DNA of 56,541 bases, filler included, from Squatina squatina (Eukaryota): NCBI GenBank assembly GCA_031763465.1. It is 3 parts of 3 records of this genome, joined end to end, with 100 filler letters (N's around TTAATTAATTAA, not from the genome) between each part and the next. Parts side by side here need not be neighbours in the genome. Positions count along the whole stretch, not along the records: positions 14,043 to 40,432 come from JARFOE010000046.1; 2 more parts are not named here. One strand, 5' to 3'. This document shows, one piece after another, positions 22,118 through 34,947 of this stretch. The position numbers were made by a program, and so were the translations under genes. Numbering within the stretch: the first letter of the stretch is position 1; each line of letters opens with the position of its first letter. The notes beneath the pieces were generated by a model. The model searched no databases. It was not told the DNA's origin and worked only from the letters and a program-made list of their open reading frames with translations.

Positions 22118-23510
22118 ACACTCTCTCTCCACACTCTCTCTCCACACTCTCTCCCCACACTCTCTCCCTCCACACACTCTCTCTCCACACTCTCACTCCA
22201 CACTCTCTCTCTCCACACTCTCTCTCCACACTCTCTCACTCCACACTCTCTCACTCCACACTCTCTCTCTCTCCACACTCTCTCTCTCTCTCCACACTCT
22301 CTCTCTCTCTCCACACTCTCTCTCTCTCCACACTCTCTCTCTCTCCCCACACTCTCCCTCCCCACTCTCTCTCCACTCCCTCTCTCTCTCCACTCCCTCT
22401 CTCCACATTATCTCCAATCTCTCTCCACACTCTCTCTCTCTCTCCATGCTCTCTTTCTCTCCACACGCTCTCCACTCTCCTCTCTCCATACAGTCTCTCC
22501 ACACTCTCTCTCTCCCTCCATTCTCTCCCTTCACACTCTCTCCCTCTGCACTTTCTCTCTCCACACTCTCTCTTCCTCCACACTCTCTCTCTCCATACAC
22601 TCTATCTCTCCACACTCTCTCTCCACTCTCTCTGTCCACTCTCTCTGTCCACTCTCTCTGCGCACTTTCTCACTCCACATTCTCTCTGCACTCTCTCTCT
22701 CTGTGCACTCTCTCTCTCCACTCTCTTCTCTCTCCCCACACTCTCTCCCTGCACACTCTCTCTCTCTCCACACACTCTCTCTCCCCACTCTCCAATCTCT
22801 CTCCAGACTCTCTCTCTCTCCGCACTCTCTCTGCACTCTCTCTCGCCGCACTCTCTCTCTCCCTCCGCACTCTCTCTCCGCACTCTTTCTCCCCACTTTC
22901 TCTCTGAACTCTCTCTCCGCACTCTCTCTCTGAACTCTCTCTCCACACACTCTCTCCCTCCACTCTCTCTCTCTCCACACTCTCGCTCTCCACTCTCTCT
23001 CTCCACACTCTCTCTCTCCACACTCTCTCCCTCTCCACACTCAATCCGCACTCTCTCTGCACTCTTTCTCTCTGCACTCTCTCTCTCCACTCTCTTCTCT
23101 CTCCACACACTCTCTCTCCACTCTCTCTCTCCACACTCTCTCACTCCACACTCTCTCACTCCATGCACTCTCTCTCTCCCCACACTCTCTCCCTCCACAC
23201 ACTCTCTCTCTCTCTCCACACTCTCTCCCTCCACACACTCTCTCTCCACACTATCTCCCTCCACACACTCTCTCTACACACTCTCTCTCTGTCTCCACAC
23301 TCTCTTTCTCTCTACACTCTCTCCAATCTCCTCTCTCCGTATTCTCTCCACACTCTCTCCCTCCATTCTCTCCCTTCACACTCTCTCCCTCTGCACTTAC
23401 TCTCTCCACACACTCCCTTCCTCCACACTTTCTCTCTTTCTGTCCATACACTCTCTCTCTCCACACTCTCTCTCTCCACACTCTTTCTCTCCACTCACTC
23501 CTTCTCCAAA
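22118..23510 (+). repeat. CT-rich compound microsatellite, (CT)nCCACA
   Basis: About 1.4 kb of degenerate ctctctccaca units; source of many spurious S/L/H/T and E/R ORFs. Confidence 0.95.
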
Positions 23511-24339
23511 CTACAACTCTATTCAGTGATGAATCCTTTATAAGGGTGTGCTGTAGCTAAAAAGATTATTTGGTAAATCCTTATTCATTCTTCAAATGGA
23601 AGCATCCATACAGTGCTTCTGAATGACTCTTGGGTGATAAAAAAAACAAAGGTCAAAGTGCACCATTACTGCTTTGGCTTTTGATCAAGTCTGTATATCT
23701 GATCATTTTGAGCTAGGCTGCAGCAACTAACTAGTTGCTATTTCCCTAATTCTAGAATATTTAACAAAAGCAAGGTATGTCAGAGTGGACGGATGGGTTT
23801 CTGGTATGTGGAGAGCGCCTCTTCAAAGAATGAATAAGACCGTGTGACGATTCAAGCTTGCTACAGATACTCTTTCCTCATACCCAATACAGAAGTGCAC
23901 TTTTATAGGCCAGCTCTCACTCCCTATGAACTGAGGCATGATCTTACATGTGAAGTATTCTGGGTTAGCAGGCCACAATGAACTCTTTTTACCATTAAGA
24001 CATGTACCAAAAATAGGAGGGGACCCCACGGTACTCCAGCATATCAACACACCAGGGAACTGAAGCTAAAAACTTACAAAGCAAGTTTATTACCACAGAG
24101 TTACAATTTGGGAGGAAGGAGTCTGGTTTATTAAGAAGTAGGTTGAACAGAATCAGGATAAAAACAAACTAGACTGATATAGGCAAAAAACATTTGGTTT
24201 CTCAACTGCAATTTAAAACTCCTTCAAAGCAGTAATCTTTGTAACTTGGATCACACATCTGTGAGGAAAAACATTACAATCAAACTGAACATCACAGAGT
24301 GCCCAACATATAGTGGCACAACAAGGCAGGAAAACAATT

Positions 24340-24518
24340 AATACAAAAGCAAAACACTGCAGATGCTGGAAATCTGAAATAGAAACAGAAAATGCTGGAA
24401 ACACTCAGCAGGCGAGGCAACATCTGTGGAGAAAGAAACAGAGTCAACGTTTCAGGTCTGTGACCCTTCGTCAGAACTGGAAACAGTTAGAGATGTAACA
24501 GGTTTTTAAGCAAGTGTA
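24340..24518 (-). mobile_element. Penelope-type terminal repeat fragment
   Basis: actgcagatgctggaaatctgaaa..acagaaaatgctggaaa.actcagc block, also at about 19225-19300 (next to the GIY-YIG remnant) and 47315-47370. Confidence 0.6.
24442..24478 (-). ncRNA. Minimal type I hammerhead ribozyme motif
   Basis: Minus strand AGUU-CUGACGA-AGGGUCACAGACCU-GAA-ACGU-U-GACU: both core boxes, stem II, palindromic stem III, GUU triplet and a 4-bp stem I. Confidence 0.65.
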
Positions 24519-24618
24519 NNNNNNNNNNNNNNNNNNNNNNNNNNNNNNNNNNNNNNNNNNNNNNNNNNNNNNNNNNNNNNNNNNNNNNNNNNNNNNNNNN
24601 NNNNNNNNNNNNNNNNNN

Positions 24619-24850
24619 GAGGAGATTAAATGGATGGGTAGAGTCAGTGATAGGGGAGAATGTACATGGGCTGTGGGAGGAGATTAAATGGGTGGGTAGA
24701 GTCCATGATAGGGGACAGTGTACATGGGCTGTGGGAGGAGATTAAATGGTGGGTAGAGTCAGTGATAGGGGAGAGTATATATGGGCTGTAGGAGGAGATT
24801 AAATGCGTGGGTAGAGTCCATGATAGGGGAGAGTGTACATGGGCTGTGAA
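24619..24850 (+). repeat. Minisatellite, about 60-bp unit, about 4 copies
   Basis: Repeats of gaggagattaaatgg.tgggtagagtc..tgataggggagagtgtacatgggctgtg; starts at a gap edge. Confidence 0.9.
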
Positions 24851-25776
24851 AGAGGGGATTTGATGGGCTGAATGGCAGTTATTTTATCTATTCTTGATTA
24901 TGGAGCATATACTCCATGATTCTGCTTCTCTCGGATTGCTGTTTGCCGTTTGAGAGAATGGATTACAGACAGCGCACAGTTAAAGCCGAATTGATGTAAT
25001 TCTGCCTTGTGAATGTTCATGGGGTATAAGGGTTGAACTAATTGAGCAGCACTTTGAAAGTAGCCATCCAAACTGTGCTTTAACCTGGAGGCTTAAAGAA
25101 TGGTCATTTGTAATGCAATTAAACCGCAGATTAACTGCTCGGCAACAGTAAAGGAACATCTGGGCACACTTTGTGGAAAGTACATAATGAAACCCATAAA
25201 TTTAAAACCAGAACCAAATGGCGGGACTGGAATGTTATTTTTAAGAAGTCATTTCCTTCCCCTGATAAACTTCATGTCCTTAACTTGGTCTTAACCAGCA
25301 CTGATTGCTGTCTAGCCTGCAGGTATCGACCGATTACATTCCCTCAAATCAACTGCGAGCCTATAAACGTTACGGGTAATCTCGCTCTTAAAAAAAAAGA
25401 TCGCCCTNNNNNNNNNNNNNNNNNNNNNNNNNNNNNNNNNNNNNNNNNNNNNNNNNNNNNNNNNNNNNNNNNNNNNNNNNNNNNNNNNNNNNNNNNNNNN
25501 NNNNNNNCTATCTACCCTATCCACTCCTTTAATCATGTTAAACACCTAAACTAGAGCACCCTTTAATCTTCTATAGTCAAGGGAACATAAGCCTAGTCTA
25601 TGCAACCTGTATTCATAATTTAACTCTTTTAACCCTGTTACCATTCAGGTGAATCTGCACTGCACCCTCTCCAAGGCCAATATATCGTTCCAGAGGTGCA
25701 GTGTCCAGAACTCCAGATGGGGTCAAACCAGAGCTTTATACTACTGTAATATAACTTCCAAATCAAGGAGACTCAT

Positions 25777-26032
25777 TGTAATGAGCATGCTCAAAGGGCT
25801 GGGGGAGCTGTTGCATTGTGAATGGCTTAGCCAGTCCCATGATATTCACAGGACTCAGTAAAACCCCAGTCCATTGAGTTCAGGTTCTCTACAAGGAGGC
25901 ATGCTGTTGTGTGCATGAACTGGGAGTGTTTAGTTTGTTCATTAAACCTTTGCTAGTAAACCAGCTATTTCTTTACAACAATGTGTAGCTATGAATTTTT
26001 AAGCTGCAAACCCATGAAACAAATACCTTACA
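25777..26032 (+). mobile_element. Possible solo LTR
   Basis: 256 bp bounded by TGTAA...TTACA with an internal ATTAAA at about 25941. Target-site duplication only partial (ctcat/gtcac). Confidence 0.4.
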
Positions 26033-26510
26033 GTCACCTATTCCTGACATTCGTGTGTTTCCACCTTAGATTCTTAGAGACTAAAGCTCATTCTTCAACT
26101 GCGACGCCTCGCACAGGATCGTCTCTAAATGAAGTGTGTGTGTGTGTGTGGTTTTGACAGTGTAGAGGGGATGGGAAGGCGCTGCCTGTGTGGTAGGCCA
26201 GTGAGGTTAGTCTATTCCGCTTTCAGTAAAACCATGATGACATGCAGCTGCATTAAGAGCTGGCAGCAACATGCTTAAAGGAAGTAATTTTTAAAATATT
26301 TTGACACAGGGGTAATTTGTAGTGTTTTCTTCTGGTAACTGATGTGTTTAAAAAATGCTGCGGTCTGATCCTAGCGCTACATGTGGAACAGCTGCCTCAC
26401 TGCGCAGGGATGTCTCCATATTGTAGGTGAGTAATGAAAGGGTGAAACTTCTTTAATCCTCTTGCTTTTCTTTTCTAACCAAAGATTGAAATGGTAAACA
26501 AGCAAGGCTA

Positions 26511-26777
26511 AGGGACTGCGTCCAAACAAGACCCAGGGACCGAGTCCAAACAAGACCCAGGGACCGAGTCCAAACAAGACCCAGGGACCGTGTCCTAACA
26601 AGACCCAGGGACCGTGTCCGAACAAGACCCAGGGACCGTGTTCGAACAAGACCCAGGGACCGTGTCCAAACAAGACCCAGAGACCGTGTCCAAACAGCAC
26701 CCAGGGACCGTGTCCGAACAAGACCCAGGGACCGTGTCCGAGCAAGACCCAGGGACCGTGTCCGAAGAAGACCCAGG
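26511..26777 (+). repeat. Minisatellite, 24-bp unit, about 11 copies
   Basis: GTCC(A/G)AACAAGACCCAGGGACCGT in tandem, running into a gap; no unique spacers. Confidence 0.95.
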
Positions 26778-28664
26778 NNNNNNNNNNNNNNNNNNNNNNN
26801 NNNNNNNNNNNNNNNNNNNNNNNNNNNNNNNNNNNNNNNNNNNNNNNNNNNNNNNNNNNNNNNNNNNNNNNNNNNNNTGCTCCTATTTCTTATGTTTTTA
26901 TGTTCACCTCGTTGGGCGTACATTCTTTCGAGACTAAATCAGCTCACGTGCCGTGTTGTCTGAGCGTTTTCGTAATGCAGGTTCAGGGCGTCGTTACACT
27001 GTTACCTGTTCCAAGCTCTCCCTTTATTTGCTATCGCTCGGATCTGCCGAATGAGCAACAGCTCAGTGCTTTCAGAGAAAAGAGTTTATCTCGGAGAACG
27101 AATGCTGTGCGCTGACGTGATGAAGCATTCATGGAATAAGATAAGGATTAAGCAGGACAAACAAAACAGTGTGGCATACGCAAGTACAGTAAAGCCTCTG
27201 TTTGTTATGAAAAATAGATTATAGATTAAAATGTTTGCAATCTGCAACCTAAAGCAGCTTACTAAATAAACCATGCGGGTTATATACAAATGCTGTATCC
27301 TTTAAAAAAAAAACACAGCATTTATACTGAGATGATCGATGATGAGATAGGGGAGTGTTCAGTACCCCTATAATAAGCCTCCTGCTTCAATCACTGGTCT
27401 GTGCTAAATTAGATGATAGTAGCTGGGTCTGCAGTTGGTGCAAAAAGATCCCACGGTCACTGCAATCAGGAATCAGAAATATATGGCACAGAAGGAGGCC
27501 GTTTGGCCAATCGTGTCTGTGTTGGCCAAAAATAGAGCTATCCAGCCTAATCCCACTTCCCAGCTCTTGGTCCATAGCCCTGTCGGTTACCGCACTTCAA
27601 GTGCATATCGAAATATTTTCAAAATGTGATGAGGGTTTCTGCCTCTACCACTCTTTCAGGCAGTGAGTTCCAGACCCCCCACCACCCTCTGGGTGAAAAT
27701 GTNNNNNNNNNNNNNNNNNNNNNNNNNNNNNNNNNNNNNNNNNNNNNNNNNNNNNNNNNNNNNNNNNNNNNNNNNNNNNNNNNNNNNNNNNNNNNNNNNN
27801 NNTTGAGGTAAAGATCAACCATGATCTTGTTGAATGCGGAGCAGACTCGAGGGGCCGAATGGCCTACTCCTGCTCCCATTTCTTATGTTCTTACTGTGAC
27901 TATGAAGGGATGGCTTTGATACATTTCCAGAAAATGCATAAACTTTTAATTAATGTAACTTTATGCTAGAGTTGCATGATTAGTGTGTTACATTCTTATC
28001 TGTTAATGGGAACCTTATCTTCGACTGCAAATTAAACAGATTTATTTGAAATGTACTTAATTATTCTTCTACCAAGGTACGAATTCTGGTGGATTAGCTT
28101 TAAATGACAAACGGAATTTTTAAAAATGAAATTCCTTATTTTATTTACTCTATTTCTAATAAAATAGAAGAGGTACTTGAAAATTATAGAGATATTATCT
28201 GTCCAGTGAGCTTTTCAATAATGCATTCCTTTGAATCTTCCCTTGTGTTCTTGCTGTAATGAGATAGCAGACATTGATGATTTTGTTAAATGGTCTATAG
28301 TTAATGAGGTTTGGTCCAATTTTAATGACTTTTGGGTGAATAATCCCAATGAAAATAAGCTTTTCAATTTTGCCAATGACCACCATTGCAATTACACTCT
28401 AAATCTTCCCGTCTTGCACTAAGTGAAGTCAAAATTTGTTAAGTGCAAACCATGACTTCAAGCCGTTAGATTGCTTTTAGAAATTAAACTGCATTTGCTC
28501 TGTCAAAAATCCATTACAAGCAGCAAACTGAAATGCTCTTTAACATGTTGACCTTGTTTTTCCTNNNNNNNNNNNNNNNNNNNNNNNNNNNNNNNNNNNN
28601 NNNNNNNNNNNNNNNNNNNNNNNNNNNNNNNNNNNNNNNNNNNNNNNNNNNNNNNNNNNNNNNN

Positions 28665-28885
28665 CAGCGAGTGGTTGGGATCTGGAATGCGCTGCCTGAG
28701 AGGGTGGTGGAGGCAGATTCAATCACTGCTTTCAAAAGGGAGTTGGATAAGTACCTGAAGGAAAACAGTTTTCAGGGCTACAGGGAAAGGGCGGGGGAGT
28801 GGGAATAGCTGAGGTGCTCTTGCAGAGAGCCGGCACGAGCTCGATGGGCCGAATGGCCTCCTTCTGTGCTGTAACCATTCTATGA
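28665..28885 (+). mobile_element. CR1-type LINE 3' end
   Basis: QRVVGIWNALPERVVEADSITAFKRELDKYL plus gggccgaatggcctccttctgtgctgtaa tail. Similar copies at 27480-27890, 29630-29850 and 34590-34840. Confidence 0.85.
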
Positions 28886-31212
28886 TCTCCCAGTCGTCTT
28901 GCTTGAGGTGGTGCGGTACAGCAATAAGCGAGGTGAGCAGATGCATGCACCTCCCTTGCTGGCTTTCTGTTATGAAGCAAAGAACCAGATTTGCTTGTCC
29001 AACTGCCTGGCTGTGAATACTATTTGTGTCTTTTCCCTCAAAGGTTGCTTGAGATGCTGCTGCCTGTCTGCTAAGAAGTGGCTGCTTTCATGTATTAGGC
29101 GAGAGGATTGTGCAGCTGCAGCTAAAATGTGCTGTGCGATTTGGGATTTCTTCCAAACCAAGCTCTTTAAACTTTTGTTAATCATTCAGTGCCTGTTCCA
29201 TGCGATAAAATGCAGAACGGTCTCGGGGTGAATTAATTTCTTTGCGCTGCGTTGCATTGAAGGCACTGGTTGGCTGTCCTGTGCTTTCCTCTTTCAGCGC
29301 AAACTCACAACAGTTGTGATCAAGGCAGCTCTGGGAATCACTTGCTGCTGAATTATTCAGGCGGTAATGGCATGGCTGTGATGTGCAGATAAATCATATG
29401 TGAACCATTATCAAAACCACAGGAGAATATGAACTCCTCCTAGCATGTGAAAATGCTGGTGTGACAGTCACAGCATGGCAGGCTCCGATAGCAGACATCC
29501 TGCTGGTAGGTATTAATCATTTTCTCATTTACAGTTTCTCTCCCTTCATCTTTCTGCTCTTCGCCCGCTCCCCCACCCCATCTTGCTTGATCAAAAAAAA
29601 ATAAAGTTCTTTCAGAGCTCCCTTTTTAAATAAACAGTGGTGGACCTGTGGAATTCTCTAACACAGAAGGCAGCTGAGGCCAAATCATTAAATATATTCA
29701 AGAAGGAGTTAGATAGATAGGGCTAAAGGGATCAAGAGATATGGGGAGAAAGCGGGAACAGGGTACTGAATTTGGATGATCAGCCATGATCATATTGAAC
29801 GGCGGAGCAGGCTCGAAGGGCCAAATGGCCTACTCCTGCTCCTATTCCATCCTGGATAGTTATTTTCTGACACCTATTTTGAAGCACCTTGGGGTGTATC
29901 ATTACATTAATGGTGCTATATAAATACAAATTGTTCTACTAGTAGTAGTAGTGGTAGAAGGAGGAGGAAGAGGCACTGACTCATGTGATATGGTTCCATG
30001 TAAACCAGCTTTCTTTCGAGCAGCGTTACTCTGTAGAGCTCTGAACCATTTCAGAGTAGAAATAACCAACTTACTGCAGTTTTTTTCCTGTCTTTTATAA
30101 AATCACATTCCTTATTTCTATTTTATCCTCCTCTTATGCATTCCAATGCATTCTGCCACTCTCCCAGTGAGACTTCTAATAAAGACATGGTGTGATTGCT
30201 AAGACCATCCTTATGTAGGGAGGCACCTTAAACATTGTCAGTGGTATTGCTACTTAAGAAGCTAATGAGCCAAATATTTCAATGAAATCTTTATCTCTTC
30301 TGGAATACATAAGAATGTGTGTATTTGGCATTACTGATAGTATTTTATCTGGGGTTAGTGTGGGAAGAACAAACGTTTACATGAAACATTTTTTCACTGT
30401 CCCAATGGAAATGCCACATCTGGTGAAGGAAGATATTGAGATCGGAAGTGAGTCTATTATTGAAATAATCACTTGGTACAACAATAAAAAGTGAGTTACA
30501 TTTAAGCATTCTTTCATCATATCTCAAATATGTTGAAGTGCTTCATGCAATGTTATTTTGAAATGCTACGGCTGTCATTTAAGTAAGCACAGCAGTAAGA
30601 TCTCACAAGTAGCAATGAGATAAATGACTAGTTAATCTATTTTCTGTCGGGCTGGTTGAGGGAGGAAGAGTCATATATAAAACACAATTTACACCCATCA
30701 ACAACATGCAATAAGAGGTCATAGTACAACCTGTTCAAATTGACAACAACTTGCATTTATATAGCGCCTTTAGCATAGCAAAACATCCCAAGGTGCTTCA
30801 CAAGAGGGTTATCAATCAAAATTTGACAGCCACAGAAGGAGATATTAGGACAGATGAAAAAAGCTTGGTCAAAGAGGTAGGTTTTAAACAGCATCTTAAA
30901 AAGGAGGGTAAAGAAGCGGAGAGGTTTAGGGAGGGAATTCAGGGAGTTAGGGCAAGGGCAGCTGAAAGCACTGCCAATGGTGGAGCAATTAAAGAAAAAA
31001 AAAAAAAAATCGGGGATGCGTAAAATATCAGGATTGGAGGAGTGCAGAGATCTAAGGCTTGCAGGGCTGGAAATGTTTACAGCGAGAGGGAGGAGTGAGT
31101 CCATGGAGGGATNNNNNNNNNNNNNNNNNNNNNNNNNNNNNNNNNNNNNNNNNNNNNNNNNNNNNNNNNNNNNNNNNNNNNNNNNNNNNNNNNNNNNNNN
31201 NNNNNNNNNNNN

Positions 31213-31585
31213 CTGACACTCCAGTGCAGTGCTGAGGAAATGCTGCACTGTTGGAGGTGCCGTCTTTCGGATGGGACATTAAACCGAGGCCCCATCTGCC
31301 CTCTCATGTGGCTGTAAATGATCCTATGGGACTATTTTTAAGTACATATGGCGAGTTTTCCCTGGTATCCTGGCCAACATTTATCCCTTTGCCAACGCCA
31401 CTAAAAAAACAGATTATATATGGTCGTTATCACCTTGCTGTTTGCAGGATCTTGCTGTGTGCAAACTGGCTGTCGCGTTTCCTAAATATATAACAGTGAC
31501 TACATTTGAAAAAAAGTATTTAATTGACTGTAAAGCGCTTTGGGACGTCCTGAGATCATGAAAGATGCTGTATAAATGCAAGTCA
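31213..31585 (+). mobile_element. Deu-domain SINE (SacSINE1-like)
   Basis: Same family as 16120-16500, forward orientation, 5' end cut by a gap. Confidence 0.75.
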
Positions 31586-34500
31586 TGCTTTTTTTCTATG
31601 CATAGACTTTGGGATTATTCTGGATGGATGAATTAAGGTGAATTGGCTGGCCTCTATGATCCGTAATTGTTTTGTGACATTGAGACCTTCACCAGTTTAA
31701 CTAAGAGGTTAACTTACAGGAGGTGAAATATTACAGAAACATACATACTGGAGTGGAGCTATACCAGCACTCAGCTGTCCTTATGAACCAAGCACCAGTC
31801 AAAATGAGGGCCCTGATTTACAAAAAGGTTGTGTTGCCACATGACACCAGCGAGGTGACATTTCCATTTTCTATGATATTAACTTCAAATATTGCTCTCA
31901 CTTTTATCCTTGGATTTTCCCTGTAAGTTTCTCTTTTTCCTCTGTGGACGCCAAATCATGCTGAGCTACGTTTCAGAGGTGGTGACTGCCCTCTGGTTCC
32001 TCAGTCAAATTACTTTTTTTTTCATGTCTGAACCCAAGTATTGTCAGGCTATTCCTTCACGAGGGGCATCGTAGCTGTGCCTGCTCCTGTCGTCAGCTGA
32101 CGTTTACACATACATGCTTTCTAGCAAATGTCATTGTATTGGGAGTAGAAACCCTTGCCATTCGGTTCCTTTCCCTAGCCCAGGGTCATTGAGTAGACTT
32201 GTTTTGCCCCTTTTTACTGCACTGACCGAGATTCGGGATAAAACTTGACAGCTTCTCTGGTCTCAGTACAGCCTAAGCCAAGGGAGCTGTTGACATTTTT
32301 TCAGAGAGAACTGAGCAGAAAGAATGATAAAATGACTGGAAGAATAATTCCTGCAAGACTATGTTTTTCCTTTGTCGCTGTTATCAGCACATAGATTAGC
32401 TCACTGTGCGTGATAAGGGCCAAAGTAAATCGCAAATGCATTGACAGATAAACGTTTGAGCTCCAGTGGTTGCAAATATAAAAGCTTCTATTATGGTATA
32501 GCAAGCAGCAATTATTGAAGCACAACTCATACCAACATGCATTGATCAAGACTGGTTATCAGCTTGAAGTGGGTTTACGCCTTATAATTTTGTTTTTTGC
32601 CCAAATACATAATGAAAAGGTTAAGTTGTAATTCTCCACTCATAGTGCATTGGAATGCTTTAAATCAACATTGTGCACGGACAGACTTGCAGCGACCTTG
32701 AAATAGTCACTTGCCGTGGGCTGGTCAATTGCTAATCCATCGGATTGATTTGTCATGAGCATTTCACACTTAATTGCGTCGGCTGATCACCACACACAGC
32801 CTGTAAAAGTATTAGAAACTCTTCTCTTCCAGTGAGCAAGCACCTGGCCACTCATTTAACATCTATCCACATTGAGGATCGTGAGTGTAAATGCCTATAT
32901 CCCTTTGTCCTTACCTCACTGAGAAAGTCTCTCTATTTTGTTCCTGTTCCCTGCTGTGTGCCTCCTGGCGAGATGAGATTGGGACCGCAGAGTGAGAGAT
33001 GATTTCGATAATGCACAATAATGATATTGGAGACCCCAGGCACAAAAGTGATCTCGACGAGGCAGCGCATTAGTGCACCAGCAAACTGTGCCGTCCTTTT
33101 CAGATCATATGACTTTTAAAGATGAGGAATGTGGATCACCACATCCTGTTCACCCATCCAGAAGGATCCTACAATCCTCCCATCCTGACATCCAGCTACT
33201 TCTCAAATGTTTCCAGGAATGTTTTGACTACCCGAGCCAAAATTCCTTTTCATGTGTTGACCATTAATCGTGTGAAGAAGAACGTCTTGACACCTGTCCT
33301 CAATTTACCTTTCACTAGTTTTAAACTGTGGCCATTATCTTATTGTCCAAATTTAGTTTGAAGTAATGTTTCAAATCAATCTTTTCTATGTTGTTATTTA
33401 ATACTATNNNNNNNNNNNNNNNNNNNNNNNNNNNNNNNNNNNNNNNNNNNNNNNNNNNNNNNNNNNNNNNNNNNNNNNNNNNNNNNNNNNNNNNNNNNNN
33501 NNNNNNNTGATCATTATCAATCGGCTGCCGCATTGGCGCTAAATAAATGCAAGTCTTTCTTTCTTCTAAACTTCAGAGAAAATAGACACAATTTATTCAA
33601 CCATTGTCACTGTCACCCCATCCCTCCCGATCGAGTCGGACTGAGAGATGCCACAGTGCCAAGGAACTGCGCAAGGATCACTCAACACGGCCTGCAACTC
33701 CCGGAGGATCTGGACCCAATCCCTGATTACATTCCACTGAGTAAGTGAGAATAGGCCTCTTCTTTACACTTGCTATATATAGTACCTCTATTATGTTGCC
33801 CGCATCAAATGACATCTGGTTCAAAAGAAGTCTCTCTCAAATGGTATTTGTGTAGCTCTGAAAAATCTCGTTTGCAGAATTCCTCCGTAATTACCTGCTG
33901 TCTCGATCCAAAATGCCGAAAGCAGATTTTCAGGGAATTTGAAGAAAGGTTTCATTGATTCTTCAGCCTATGCAGCAAGTCCAAGGAAAATAACACTTGG
34001 AAAGGTTGTTAAAGTCAACGCTAGGTTTGGATCACAATCTGTTCATCAGGGTCGAGACCAGGAATTCAACAATTTGTGAGGTTTGACAGCGATGTGAAAT
34101 TGAGGTCATGTAGTTGAGGTCAACTAAGCTGTTTTTTTTTCCATTTTTCTTTTACCCATTGCCCAATTCTTCCCTCAACCGACACCACCAACCAAAAGTA
34201 AAAACAGCCTATCTGCTCATTCATCTCATTTGCTGTGTGTGAGATCTTGCCATGTACAAATTGGCTGCTGAGCTTCCCTACCTAAACAACGTTGGCTTCC
34301 CTTCAAAGAGTACTTTGTGGGTTGGAATTTCTGCTGACGTAAGAAACAAATTCAACTTCTTCCTTTCCTCCAGAGTGTCAACAACAGTTAGAAAGACTTG
34401 TGTTTAGTCAACATCTCATCGCATCTCAGAACAAGCTCCAAGTGCCTCCTGTACAACCGATCACCTGACTGTGCTGTTATGTAGGCAGANNNNNNNNNNN

Positions 34501-34947
34501 NNNNNNNNNNNNNNNNNNNNNNNNNNNNNNNNNNNNNNNNNNNNNNNNNNNNNNNNNNNNNNNNNNNNNNNNNNNNNNNNNNNNNNNNNGAAGGTGGAAT
34601 TGAGGTAGATGATTAGTCATAAACTTACTGAATGGCCTAGCATGCTCGAAGGGCCGAATGGCCTACTCCTCCTATTTCTTGTGTTCTTATAACTTTCGAA
34701 AGAGAATTAGATAAATAATTGAAGGGAAAACTTTTACAGGGCTATGGGGAAAGAGCAGGGGGAATGGGACTAATTAGACAGCTCTGCCAAAGAGCCGACA
34801 CAGTTATAATGGGCCGAATGGCCTCCTCCTGCACGGTACCATGATTTGTTGCATGTTCTATGTTGTGACAAGGTACAGTACGAAACCAACCTTTTCTTCT
34901 TCACTATCTCTCCGTTCAGTAATGCATTGTTTTTGACTTTTCTCCAG

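Noticed and set aside
21997-23543. 510-aa and many overlapping S/L/H/T- or E/R-rich ORFs
   Set aside because: Translation of a CT microsatellite that lacks stop codons.
26377-26937. ORFs with 8-aa repeats; CRISPR-like appearance
   Set aside because: Pure 24-bp tandem repeat with no unique spacers, in a eukaryote.
27116-27200. TGATGA box C-like motif suggesting a snoRNA
   Set aside because: No properly spaced box D or terminal stem.
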